Below the pieces are notes generated by a model. The model searched no databases. It was not told where the DNA came from and was given only the letters and a program-made list of their open reading frames with translations. The position numbers were made by a program, and so were the translations under genes. Source: an uncultured delta proteobacterium (GTDB taxonomy: Bacteria > Desulfobacterota > Binatia > UBA9968). Taken from it: DNA of 64,000 nt. The stretch lies in NCBI GenBank assembly GCA_963745035.1, contig CAVUVW010000013.1, positions 1,056,001 to 1,120,000 of the forward strand, in the 5' to 3' direction. This document shows positions 37,677 through 46,912 of this stretch, one piece after another; positions within the stretch are counted from its first letter, which is position 1, and each line of letters starts with the position of its first letter.

Positions 37677-38270
37677 ATGATGCAGTTATCGACTACTTTT
37701 ATTCTAGCCGGCGTGCTTGCCAGCGCGTTGACCGTGGCGGGTCCGATTGGAAAGGCCGCGGCCGATGATGACGATGACGGTCGGAAACGCCGGAGCAAAC
37801 ATCACTTTTGCTACGACAAGCATGGTCACCGACGCTCGCACCCTCACTGTCCGCCCCGGCATCCCCACTACTCGCGCTACCATCGCCCGGGGGAGCACTA
37901 TCACGGACGCCCGCACGGATATCGCTATTCCAGAGACCGCCATCCTCGTCGTCCGCAAGTAACTTATGTCCGAAAAGGCAGTCCTTACGACTATCGCGGC
38001 CGCTACAGCGAACCGACCGCTCGCAATGACGTTCGCCACGCGCGCAAGGAAGTGCAGCAAAGCCGTGAGCAATTACGTAAAGACTACTCGGAACTGCAAA
38101 AGGATCGCGCCGAGCTACGCCGTGATATCCGCAACGGCGCCAGCAGGGAAGAAATCCGCAAAGACCGGCAGGAAATTCGCACCGATTTACAAAAAATCAA
38201 AACTACTCGCAGGGATCTGCGAAACGATCGAGCCAATCTAGACGATGCGCGCCGCGAACAGCGAAGGTAG
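37677..38270 (+). CDS. Secreted low-complexity His/Arg-rich protein with coiled-coil C-terminus
   Basis: RBS GGAGG; signal peptide ending AAA-DDDDD; His/Arg/Tyr-rich middle; heptad-like RxD repeats. Confidence 0.75.
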   Translation: MMQLSTTFILAGVLASALTVAGPIGKAAADDDDDGRKRRSKHHFCYDKHGHRRSHPHCPPRHPHYSRYHRPGEHYHGRPHGYRYSRDRHPRRPQVTYVRKGSPYDYRGRYSEPTARNDVRHARKEVQQSREQLRKDYSELQKDRAELRRDIRNGASREEIRKDRQEIRTDLQKIKTTRRDLRNDRANLDDARREQRR

Positions 38271-38602
38271 TGACAACAAAGTAACCGGCGACGCGCGCGC
38301 GGAGAGATCGCCGCATAAACGCCGGCCGCGAGTGAGCCCGCGGCTTCGCGCTCGACCCCTCACTTCAAAATAACTCCCAGCATCGCGCGTGCCGCTTCCT
38401 AAGGCGGCACGCGCTCGTCTGTTTTTGGCTGCGAATTCCATTCAAAGCGAACTCGAGCCAAGGACAAAAACGCAGACCGCCTTATTCATCGCCTCCGCCC
38501 AGTCGATTGCCGCAGGGCGGCAATTTATAGTAGAAACTTAGCGACGAGCGAGCGCATGTACTCCCTCGGGCAAGCGATGCTTTCAGCCATTCGGAGGCGA
38601 AG

Positions 38603-40159
38603 ATGACCGCGCCAGCCGCCACGCAGAATCGCTACAATGCGGCAGAGGACTTGCTCGAACGCAACCTCGCCGCGCGTCCGGGTAAGACCGCTTACATCGA
38701 CGAGCGCGGCACCTACACCTACGCCGATCTCGCCGAGCGCGTAAACCGGTGCGCCAACGCGCTGAGCAATCTCGGGCTCGGCATGGAGGCGCGCGCGCTG
38801 GTGTGCTTGCTCGACACCATCGACTTCCCGGCCGCTTTCCTTGGCGCAATCAAGGCCGGTATCGTGCCGGTCGCCGTCAACACGCTGCTCACGACGAGCG
38901 ATTTCGATTTCATGCTGCGCGACAGCCGGGCGCAGGCTTTGATCGTATCCGACGCGCTCTTGTCCGTGTTCGAGCCGATCCTTGCAGATCAGCCGTTCTT
39001 GAAACACGTGGTTGTATCGGGAACAAAGACCTCCGGCCGGCAAAGTTTGGCGGAGTTGATGATGAAGGCGAGCGGCGATTTTACGACCGCGCCCACGAGC
39101 CCCGACGACGCCTGCTTCTGGCTTTACTCATCGGGCTCCACCGGAACGCCGAAGGGCGTGGTTCACGTGCAGACCAGCATGGCGCGCACGGCCGAGCTTT
39201 ACGCCCGACCGGTTCTTGGCATCCAGGAAGGCGACGTGGTTTTCTCCGCCGCGAAATTGTTCTTCGCATACGGCCTCGGCAACGCGCTCAGTTTTCCGCT
39301 TTCCGTCGGCGCGACCACGGTCCTGCTCGGTGACCGGCCCACTCCCACGGCGGTCTGCCGCATTCTACGCGAGCACCATCCAACAATATTCTACGGCGTG
39401 CCGACGCTCTACAGCGCGCTTCTCGCCGGCGCCGAGCTGCCGAAGCGTGAAGAGCTCCGTCTGCGCCGCTGCACATCGGCCGGCGAAGCGCTGCCGCCTG
39501 AAGTAGGGCGGCGCTGGCGCGAGCACACCGGTGTCGACATACTCGACGGCTTGGGTTCGACCGAGATGCTGCATATCTTTTTGTCCAACCGCCCCGGCGA
39601 CGTGCGCTACGGCACGACCGGCAAACCGGTGCCCGGCTACGACATTCGCCTGGTCGACGAAGACGGTAAGCCGGTCGCAAAAGGCGAGATCGGCGAGCTG
39701 CAGGTCGCCGGGCCGACCGGCGCCGCCTATTATTGGAATAACCGGGAAAAAAGCCGCGCCACTTTTTTGGGGCCGTGGACCCGCAGCGGCGACAAGTACA
39801 CCGAAGATGAAGAAGGTTACTTCACGTATGCGGGCCGCAACGACGATATGCTCAAAGTGAGCGGCATTTGGGTCTCGCCCTTCGAAGTGGAATCCGCCAT
39901 CGCTTCCCATCCCGCGGTGCTGGAAGCTGCCGTGGTCGGCAAAGCCGATGAAAATGGCCTGATCAAGCCGAAAGCTTACGTCGTGCTTCGCGCCGACGCT
40001 GCGCAAACACCCGAGCTTGCCGCCCAGCTCCAGCAACACGTGAAATCGCGGCTGGCGCCCTACAAATATCCGCGCTGGATCGAGTTCATCGCCGAGCTGC
40101 CCAAGACGGCCACGGGAAAGATCCAGCGCTTCAAGCTGCGCGCAGAGAGGACAGAATAA
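38603..40159 (+). CDS. Benzoate-CoA ligase family protein
   Basis: FWLYSSGSTGTPKG, SAAKLFFAYGLGN, SAGEALP, DGLGSTEMLHIFLSN, LPKTATGKIQRF. Confidence 0.92.
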   Translation: MTAPAATQNRYNAAEDLLERNLAARPGKTAYIDERGTYTYADLAERVNRCANALSNLGLGMEARALVCLLDTIDFPAAFLGAIKAGIVPVAVNTLLTTSDFDFMLRDSRAQALIVSDALLSVFEPILADQPFLKHVVVSGTKTSGRQSLAELMMKASGDFTTAPTSPDDACFWLYSSGSTGTPKGVVHVQTSMARTAELYARPVLGIQEGDVVFSAAKLFFAYGLGNALSFPLSVGATTVLLGDRPTPTAVCRILREHHPTIFYGVPTLYSALLAGAELPKREELRLRRCTSAGEALPPEVGRRWREHTGVDILDGLGSTEMLHIFLSNRPGDVRYGTTGKPVPGYDIRLVDEDGKPVAKGEIGELQVAGPTGAAYYWNNREKSRATFLGPWTRSGDKYTEDEEGYFTYAGRNDDMLKVSGIWVSPFEVESAIASHPAVLEAAVVGKADENGLIKPKAYVVLRADAAQTPELAAQLQQHVKSRLAPYKYPRWIEFIAELPKTATGKIQRFKLRAERTE

Positions 40160-40160
40160 C

Positions 40161-40239
40161 TGGAGTGATGGAGTACTGGAGTGGTGGAGTGTTGACTCTC
40201 GGATTCCCGACTCCATACTCCAATACTCCAATCACTCCA
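40161..40239. repeat. Inverted array of short units (TGGAGTnn x4 / ACTCCA x4)
   Basis: TGGAGTGA TGGAGTAC TGGAGTGG TGGAGTGT, spacer, then four ACTCCA. Confidence 0.85.
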
Positions 40240-40264
40240 TGCATCCAGATGACGGAGGATGACA

Positions 40265-41455
40265 GTGAAGCTTATAGCAACGATCAACCCGAAGACATTT
40301 TCTGACCTCCGCCGGCCTGTTCGGCGCCGGCGCGCTGTTGCCGAATGTTTGCCCTCGCCCAGGCGCGCAAGCTCCGCGTCGGTTTGATGCTGCCTTACAC
40401 CGGGACCTACGCGCAGCTCGGCGCGGCCATTACCAACGGTTTCAAGCTCGCGGTAAACGAGCGCGGTGGCAAGCTCGGCGGGCGCGAGCTCGAATACTTC
40501 ACCGTGGACGACGAGGCTGAGCCGGCCAAGGCGCCGGAGAATACCAACAAGCTCGTGCAGCGCGACAAAGTCGACGTGCTCGTCGGCACGGTGCACAGCG
40601 GCGTGCAGATGGGCATGGTCAAGATCGCCAAGGAAACCAACACGCTTTTGATTATTCCCAACGCCGGCCTCGACGCCGCCACCGGCGCGCTGTGCGCGCC
40701 GAATATTTTCCGCACGTCGTTTTCCAACTGGCAGCCGTCTTTCCCGATGGGCAAGGTGCTCGCCGACCGCGGCATCAGAAACGTCGTGTCGCTCGCCTGG
40801 AAATACGGCGCCGGCGAAGAGGCGGTGGCCGGCTTCACCGAAGGCTTCATCAAGGCCGGCGGCAAATCGGTGCGCGGCTTGTGGATTCCTTTTCCCAACG
40901 TCGAATTTCAAGCGCTCCTCACCGAGATCGCTTCGCTCAAGCCCGATGCCGTGTTCGTCTTTTTCGCCGGCGGCGGCGCGGCGAAGTTCATCAAAGACTA
41001 CGCCGCAGCGGGGTTGCGCAAAACCATTCCGCTGTTCGGCTCCGGTTTCCTCACCGACGGCGTGCTCGACGCCGTCGACAATGCCGCCGAAGGGCTGGAG
41101 ACCACCCTGCATTACGCCGACGGGCTCAACACCAAACGCGACAAAGCGTTCCGCGCCGCCTACGTCAAGACGCACAAAATCGAGCCCGACGTTTACGCGG
41201 TGCAGGGCTACGACGCCGGGCTGCTCCTCGCTGCCGGCCTGGACGCGGTGAAGGGCGACATCACGAAGCGAAAGGAAATGATCGCGGCGATGGAAACCGC
41301 CAAGAATCGACAGCCCGCGCGGCGCCTGGACAATGTCCAAAGCGCACAATCCGATCCAGGATTTCTATCTGCGCAAAGTAGTCGGCCGGGAAAACCGCTT
41401 CGTCAGCATCGCCCACAAGGCACTCGCCGACCCCGCGCGGGGATGCAAAATGTAG
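40265..41455 (+). CDS. Liv-type ABC substrate-binding protein, probably for aromatic acids, with Tat signal (frameshifts near both ends)
   Basis: Reconstructed start MKLIATINRRHFL; VGLMLPYTGTYAQLG, VGTVHSGV, IFRTSFSNWQP; true end ...DPARGCKM*. Confidence 0.85.
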
Positions 41456-41472
41456 CGGCGGCTGAACCGCCG

Positions 41473-41568
41473 CGTTCAAAACGTTCCAATAGTTCAAGTC
41501 GTTCAAATCGTCTAGAGCTTCGAACTCTGACGGCTTGAACGTTTTGAACGACTTGAACGGCTTAAACG
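41473..41568. repeat. Inverted array of ~9-bp units (GTTCAA x4 / TTGAAC x4)
   Basis: CGTTCAAAA CGTTCCAATA GTTCAAGTC GTTCAAATC ... CTTGAACGT TTTGAACGA CTTGAACGG CTTAAACG. Confidence 0.85.
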
Positions 41569-42428
41569 ATGTTCTACTTGATTCAATTATTAAACGCGGT
41601 CCAATACGGCCTACTGCTATTCCTCTTGTCGAGCGGCTTGACCTTGATCTTCGGCATCATGGGCGTGATCAATCTGGCGCACGGCAGCTTTTACATGGTC
41701 GGCGCCTATCTCGCCTTTTGGCTCGCCAAGCTGACCGGCAGCCTGTGGCTCGCACTGCCGCTCGCCGTCGTGATCGCCTTTGCCGTCGGCTTGCTGCTCG
41801 AGACGGCGATTTTCAGCCGGCTTTACCGGCGCGATCATCTCTATCAAGTCCTGCTCACCTTCGGACTGATTTTGATCTTCGAGGAGCTGCGCAGCATTTT
41901 GTTCGGCGACGACGTCCACGGAGTGGCGGTGCCGGCGCTGCTCGATTTTTCCATCCCGCTGACCGACACGCTTTCCTATCCGGTGTACCGTTTGTTCGTT
42001 ACCTTAGTTTGTTTGGTCATCGCCGGCCTGATGTATTTCGTGATCCATAGAACGCGAATCGGCATGATGCATTCGCGCCGGCAACAGCAATCGCGAGATG
42101 GCGGCAGTCGCTCGGCGTCAATTTGCCGCTGCTGTTCGCCTTGGTCTTCGCCTCCGGCGTGGCGCTCGCCGCCTTCGCCGGCGCGGTCGCCGCGCCGATC
42201 TCCTCGGTGTTTCCCGGCATGGGCAATCAGATCCTGATCCTCTGCTTCGTCGTCGTGGTCATCGGCGGCATCGGCTCGATCAACGGCGCGCTGATCGCGT
42301 CGCTCGCCGTCGGCCTTGCCGACACCCTCGGCAAAGTGATCGCCGCGGAGTACTCGGCCATCGCCGTCTATCTGGTGATGGCCATCATACTTTTGTGGCG
42401 GCCCCAAGGTATCGCCAACCGAGCCTGA
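41569..42428 (+). CDS. livH: Branched-chain-type ABC permease, LivH-like (frameshifts 42070-42110)
   Basis: GLTLIFGIMGVINLAHGSFYMVGAY; VVVIGGIGSINGA; LLWRPQG. Confidence 0.85.
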
Positions 42429-42433
42429 CTGCC

Positions 42434-43432
42434 GTGCCGAATATCTCGCTCCCGCGCGCCCCTCTGCTCGTTGCGCTCGCGCTGCTCGTCCTTTTTCCCC
42501 TCATAGGCAGTACGTTCTACCTGCAGCTCGGCGCCAAGATCATGATCATGGCGATCTTCGCGCTCAGTCTCGATCTCCTCGTCGGCCATGCCGGGATGGT
42601 GAGTCTCGGCCACGCCGCCTACTTCGGCGTGGCGGCGTACACCTTGGCGCTGCTTTCGCCGAAGTACGAAGCCGCCGCTCTATGGATCACGCTGCCGGCG
42701 GCCATGGCCGTCGCCGCGCTCGCGGCGTTGGTCGTCGGCTTCTTGGTCGTGCGCACCGCCGGCGTCTATTTCATCATGGTGACCCTCGCCTTCGCGCAGA
42801 TGATCTATGCGGTTTTTCACGACACGAAAATCGCCGGCGGCTCGGACGGCATCTACATCATGGTCCGTCCCGAGTTGAACATGATGGGATTCAAGCCGCT
42901 CAATTTGGAAAATTCTGCCGAGTTCTATTATCTCGCGCTGCTGTTCTTGGCGCTGGTATTTTGGTTTCTCGACCGCCTGCTGCGCGCGCCGTTTGGCCGC
43001 GCCCTCGCCGGCATCCGGATCAACGAACAGCGCATGCGCTCCATCGGCTATCCGGTCTTCGCCTACAAGCTCGGCGCCTTCGTGCTTGCGGGCGCGCTGG
43101 CGGGCCTTTCCGGATACCTCGCGGCTTGCCAGTTCGGCTTTGTCAATCCCGACATTCTCGCCTGGCACCAGTCGGGCATCGTGCTGATGATGATCATCCT
43201 GGGCGGCATGGGCCGCCTCCATGGCGCGGTGCTTGGCGCCTTCGCCTACGTGTTCTTGCAGGAAATATTTTCCGCGCCGGCGCTCCTCGGCGCCTATGCC
43301 AAACATTGGCAGCTCGCGATGGGCACCTTGCTCGTCGTGATCGTGGTGGCGCTGCCGCACGGCGTCGGCGGCTTTGTCGATATTTTCTTGCGCTCCGCCG
43401 TTCGACGCCACGGCGATGTGGCTGGAGGCTGA
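42434..43432 (+). CDS. livM: Branched-chain-type ABC permease, LivM-like
   Basis: SLDLLVGHAGMVSLGHAAYFG; GVYFIMVTLAFAQM; GGSDG; ILGGMG. Confidence 0.87.
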   Translation: MPNISLPRAPLLVALALLVLFPLIGSTFYLQLGAKIMIMAIFALSLDLLVGHAGMVSLGHAAYFGVAAYTLALLSPKYEAAALWITLPAAMAVAALAALVVGFLVVRTAGVYFIMVTLAFAQMIYAVFHDTKIAGGSDGIYIMVRPELNMMGFKPLNLENSAEFYYLALLFLALVFWFLDRLLRAPFGRALAGIRINEQRMRSIGYPVFAYKLGAFVLAGALAGLSGYLAACQFGFVNPDILAWHQSGIVLMMIILGGMGRLHGAVLGAFAYVFLQEIFSAPALLGAYAKHWQLAMGTLLVVIVVALPHGVGGFVDIFLRSAVRRHGDVAGG

Positions 43433-44193
43433 TGAGCGACGCGATCCTGCAAGTCGAAAAACTCTGCAAAACTTTCAGCGGCCTTGCCGCCGTCGACGGA
43501 GTCTCGCTCGAAGTCAGAAGCGCCGAGCTGCACGCGATCATCGGACCCAACGGCGCCGGCAAAACGACCTTGATCAATCTCCTGTCCGGCGATCTGCCAG
43601 CAAGCTCCGGCACGATCTTGTTTCGCGGCGACGAGATCTCCGGTTTGCCGCCGGAGCGCCGCTCGCGCCTGGGCATCGGCCGCAGTTACCAGAAGACCAA
43701 TATCTTTCCGGCCTTCAGCGCGTTGGAAAACTGCCGCCTTGCGGCCCAGTCGCGCTCGCCCCGAGCGCTCAATTGGCTGCGCGATGCGCGCTCCTACGAA
43801 GACATCATGATCCAGGCTCGCGGCGCGCTCGAAGCCGTCGGTCTGGCGGATCGCGCCGGCGAGCCGGCACTGGCGCTGAGCCACGGCGAGCAGCGCCAAC
43901 TCGAGATCGCCATGTGTCTGGCTACCGAGCCGCAACTCCTGCTGCTCGACGAGCCGCTTGCCGGGATGGGCGCGGAAGAGTCTGCGAAAATGATCGAGCT
44001 CATCGCCAAGCTCGCCGCGAGCCACGCGGTTCTGCTCGTCGAGCACGACATGGACGCGGTGTTTCAATTGGCGAAGGTGCTCACCGTCATGGCCAACGGC
44101 AAGGTGTTGGCGAGCGGTACGCCCGAAGAGATTCGCGCCAACCGCGAAGTTCAGGTAGCCTATCTCGGCGCCGTCGAAGACTTGCCGCCATGA
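43432..44193 (+). CDS. livG: ABC ATPase, LivG-like
   Basis: GPNGAGKTT, LSHGEQRQLE, LLLDEP, VEHDM, VQVAYLG. Confidence 0.9.
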   Translation: MSDAILQVEKLCKTFSGLAAVDGVSLEVRSAELHAIIGPNGAGKTTLINLLSGDLPASSGTILFRGDEISGLPPERRSRLGIGRSYQKTNIFPAFSALENCRLAAQSRSPRALNWLRDARSYEDIMIQARGALEAVGLADRAGEPALALSHGEQRQLEIAMCLATEPQLLLLDEPLAGMGAEESAKMIELIAKLAASHAVLLVEHDMDAVFQLAKVLTVMANGKVLASGTPEEIRANREVQVAYLGAVEDLPP

Positions 44194-44903
44194 CCACGCC
44201 GATCATCGAAGCGCGCGGGCTGCACGCCTATTACGGCGCCAGTCATGTTTTGCAGGGCATCGATTTGACGGTCCATGCCGGCGAAGCCATCGGCTTGATG
44301 GGCCGAAACGGCATGGGCAAGACCACCTTGCTCCGCACCATGCTCGGCCAAGTGCCGGCGCGCCGCGGCGACGTGAAGATCAACGGTAAAAACTTGACGA
44401 ATTCGGCGCCGCACCGCATCGTCCGCGAGGGCATCGGCTACGTGCCGGAGGGACGCGGGATTTTTCCCAATCTCACGGTGAGAGAAAATCTCGTAATGGC
44501 GGCGCGCTCAAGCCGCGACGGAAAGCAGGCGTGGACGTACGAGCGCGTACTGGAAATTTTCCCGCGGCTAGCCGAACGGCTTTCCCATGGCGGGCACCAG
44601 CTCTCCGGCGGCGAGCAGCAAATGCTCGCCATCGGCCGCGCGCTGATGACCAATCCCGACCTGCTCATTCTCGACGAGGCGACCGAGGGACTGGCGCCGC
44701 TGATCGCCCGGGAAATCTGGCGCATTCTCCGCGCCGTCCGCGAATCCGGCATCGCCGCCATCATCGTCGACAAGAACTTCAACGCTGTCTCCGCCCTTAC
44801 CGACCGCAATTTGATTTTGGTCAAGGGTAGCGTCGTGTTCGAAGGAAGCTGCGACGAATTGCGCGCCAGACCCGAGATCCTGCAACAGCACTTGGGGATT
44901 TAA
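44190..44903 (+). CDS. livF: ABC ATPase, LivF-like
   Basis: GRNGMGKTT, VPEGRGIFPNLTV, LSGGEQQMLAIGRALM. Confidence 0.9.
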   Translation: MTTPIIEARGLHAYYGASHVLQGIDLTVHAGEAIGLMGRNGMGKTTLLRTMLGQVPARRGDVKINGKNLTNSAPHRIVREGIGYVPEGRGIFPNLTVRENLVMAARSSRDGKQAWTYERVLEIFPRLAERLSHGGHQLSGGEQQMLAIGRALMTNPDLLILDEATEGLAPLIAREIWRILRAVRESGIAAIIVDKNFNAVSALTDRNLILVKGSVVFEGSCDELRARPEILQQHLGI

Positions 44904-44995
44904 ACAAAACGCAACGCCACCGTGCATAGATGCATCAGCCGAGCGCAACCCCTCGCCGGTTGCGCTCGGCTAATGACATCGTGTCCAAACGGGCC

Positions 44996-45652
44996 TCAGT
45001 CTTTCGGTTGAGAAACAACCCGCAGGTACGGTTTGAGCGTCTTAAATCCCTGCGGGTATTTCTTCTTTGCGTCTTCGTCGGAAACCGATGTCGGGATGAT
45101 CACATCCTGACCGGGTTTCCAGTTGACGGGTGTTGCGACCGTATGCTTCGTGGTAAGCTGCAACGAGTCGAGCAGCCGCAACACTTCGTCGAAGTTACGG
45201 CCGGTGCTCATTGGATATACGAGCATGGCTTTGATCTTTTTGTCCGGCCCGATGAGAAATACGGAGCGGCACGTTTGATTATCCATTGCCGTGCGCTTTC
45301 CGGGATTCTCGCTGGCCGGGAGCATGTCGTAGAGCTTCGCCACCGTTAGATCGGCATCGCCAATGATCGGGTAATTCGGCGCGTGTCCCTGAGTCTCCTG
45401 AATATCCTTCGCCCATCCTTTATGATCGGTCACAGGATCCACGCTCAGCCCGATGATTTTGCAGTTGCGCTTGTCGAATTCCGGTTTGAGGCCGGCCATG
45501 TAACCGAGCTCGGTAGTGCAAACCGGCGTATAGTCCTTGGGGTGCGAGAACAAAATTCCCCAGCTATTGCCGAGCCAGTCGTGAAAGTTAATTTTCCCTT
45601 CGCTGGTATCCGCCGAAAAATCCGGCGCGACGTCGCCTAATCTGATAGCCAT
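44996..45652 (-). CDS. 1-Cys peroxiredoxin (Prx6 family)
   Basis: FSHPKDYTPVCTTE, YPMSTGRNFDE, TPVNWKPG. Confidence 0.95.
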   Translation of the reverse strand: MAIRLGDVAPDFSADTSEGKINFHDWLGNSWGILFSHPKDYTPVCTTELGYMAGLKPEFDKRNCKIIGLSVDPVTDHKGWAKDIQETQGHAPNYPIIGDADLTVAKLYDMLPASENPGKRTAMDNQTCRSVFLIGPDKKIKAMLVYPMSTGRNFDEVLRLLDSLQLTTKHTVATPVNWKPGQDVIIPTSVSDEDAKKKYPQGFKTLKPYLRVVSQPKD

Positions 45653-45848
45653 ACCATTCTCCTTTCAGCACATCATACTACTTGCAGGGGTAGCGCGAAT
45701 AGTAACTTCGGTCAACACACCAAACGCGCTTAATCGCAGTTTAACTTTGACCGCGGGCCGGTCATTCGGAACCGTTCCACGCTCGTATCTGCCCTACATC
45801 CACGGTGCAAATGACAGCGAATTGCGTGGAAGCGCTTAACTCGTGGCG

Positions 45849-46832
45849 CTATCGTTTGGGCAGGTCCTTGATGGCTTCATTCAAATAACTTTGGTCGACG
45901 TATTTCGACAGGCTCGTGAGCGGTCCCTTGGCGCCGACCTGCTCCATGTAAATCCGAATCGCATAGTCGGTGCCCCTTAGACTTAGGTCGGCGTCAGGAT
46001 GCCAGATTTGATGCTGGGTGTAATATTCCCATCCACGGCGCGCGTGAGCCGGCTTGAGCTGCATTTCTCGAGCGAGAAAATCAACGGCGGCATCCTTGTT
46101 TTCGTAAATCCAGCGATGAGTAAGCGCGAGGGCTTTCATAAAGCGCACCGCCAGAGAGCGGTTCTTTTCCGCCCACGATTTCTTCATAGCCAAGGCACCC
46201 AGCTCGTACTCCGGAATCGCATCGATGAGCCGCCCAACGACATTGAAACCCGCCTCCTCCGCGGCATAGTTGAGCGGGATCGCCACTGTGGTCGCCGCAA
46301 TCTGGCCGGACTGCAACGCCGCCAGATTGGCGGATGAACCTCCGGCGATGACGAGAATTTTGTAATCGCGAGGATACTCCAGGCCCTTGAGCCGGAGGGC
46401 CTGCTTCAATGCCGTGACCGTGCCGCTCGTCAACGAAGAAGATCCGAATACGGCGCCGCGCAGATCCTCGATGCTCTTGTACTTCTTAGCGGCGATAATG
46501 TCGTGAGTGAGACCATTGATGACCCCGCCGGTCATGACCAAATCAAGGCCGCGCTCGGTCGCTTCGTAAAACGCTTCGGGGCCACCCGAGCCGACTTGCA
46601 AAGATCCAGCGGCAAGTGCTTGAACGTTCATCGGCGTGCCGCGGAGTAGCACGAGCTGGCCATCCAAACCCTGCTGCTCGAGAAAGCCGCGCTTCACTGC
46701 GGCCCACAACGGACCGTATCCAAGCGTTTTGCTCGATGAACCAAAATATATCTTGGGCTTGTCTTGTGCCCCCGCTGAAGAAGATGCCAACGCGAAAAGT
46801 AGAACCGGCAGCACGACTCGAAGAAAACTCAT
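45849..46832 (-). CDS. NMT1/SsuA-like ABC substrate-binding protein
   Basis: Signal peptide; shares GLEYPRDYK...AGGSSANLAALQSGQIAATTVA with 36020-37006. Confidence 0.87.
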   Translation of the reverse strand: MSFLRVVLPVLLFALASSSAGAQDKPKIYFGSSSKTLGYGPLWAAVKRGFLEQQGLDGQLVLLRGTPMNVQALAAGSLQVGSGGPEAFYEATERGLDLVMTGGVINGLTHDIIAAKKYKSIEDLRGAVFGSSSLTSGTVTALKQALRLKGLEYPRDYKILVIAGGSSANLAALQSGQIAATTVAIPLNYAAEEAGFNVVGRLIDAIPEYELGALAMKKSWAEKNRSLAVRFMKALALTHRWIYENKDAAVDFLAREMQLKPAHARRGWEYYTQHQIWHPDADLSLRGTDYAIRIYMEQVGAKGPLTSLSKYVDQSYLNEAIKDLPKR

Positions 46833-46912
46833 CCCTGTCCTCCTGTTCGGAATCCTGGCTGGGGCACGCGGCATCGAGCGGTGCGACCGAGGGCTAATTG
46901 AGGTCGTCGTGC

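Noticed and set aside
40161-41568. Short repeat arrays as mini-CRISPRs or iterons
   Set aside because: Units are 8-10 bp, inverted, have no spacers, and no cas or rep gene is nearby.
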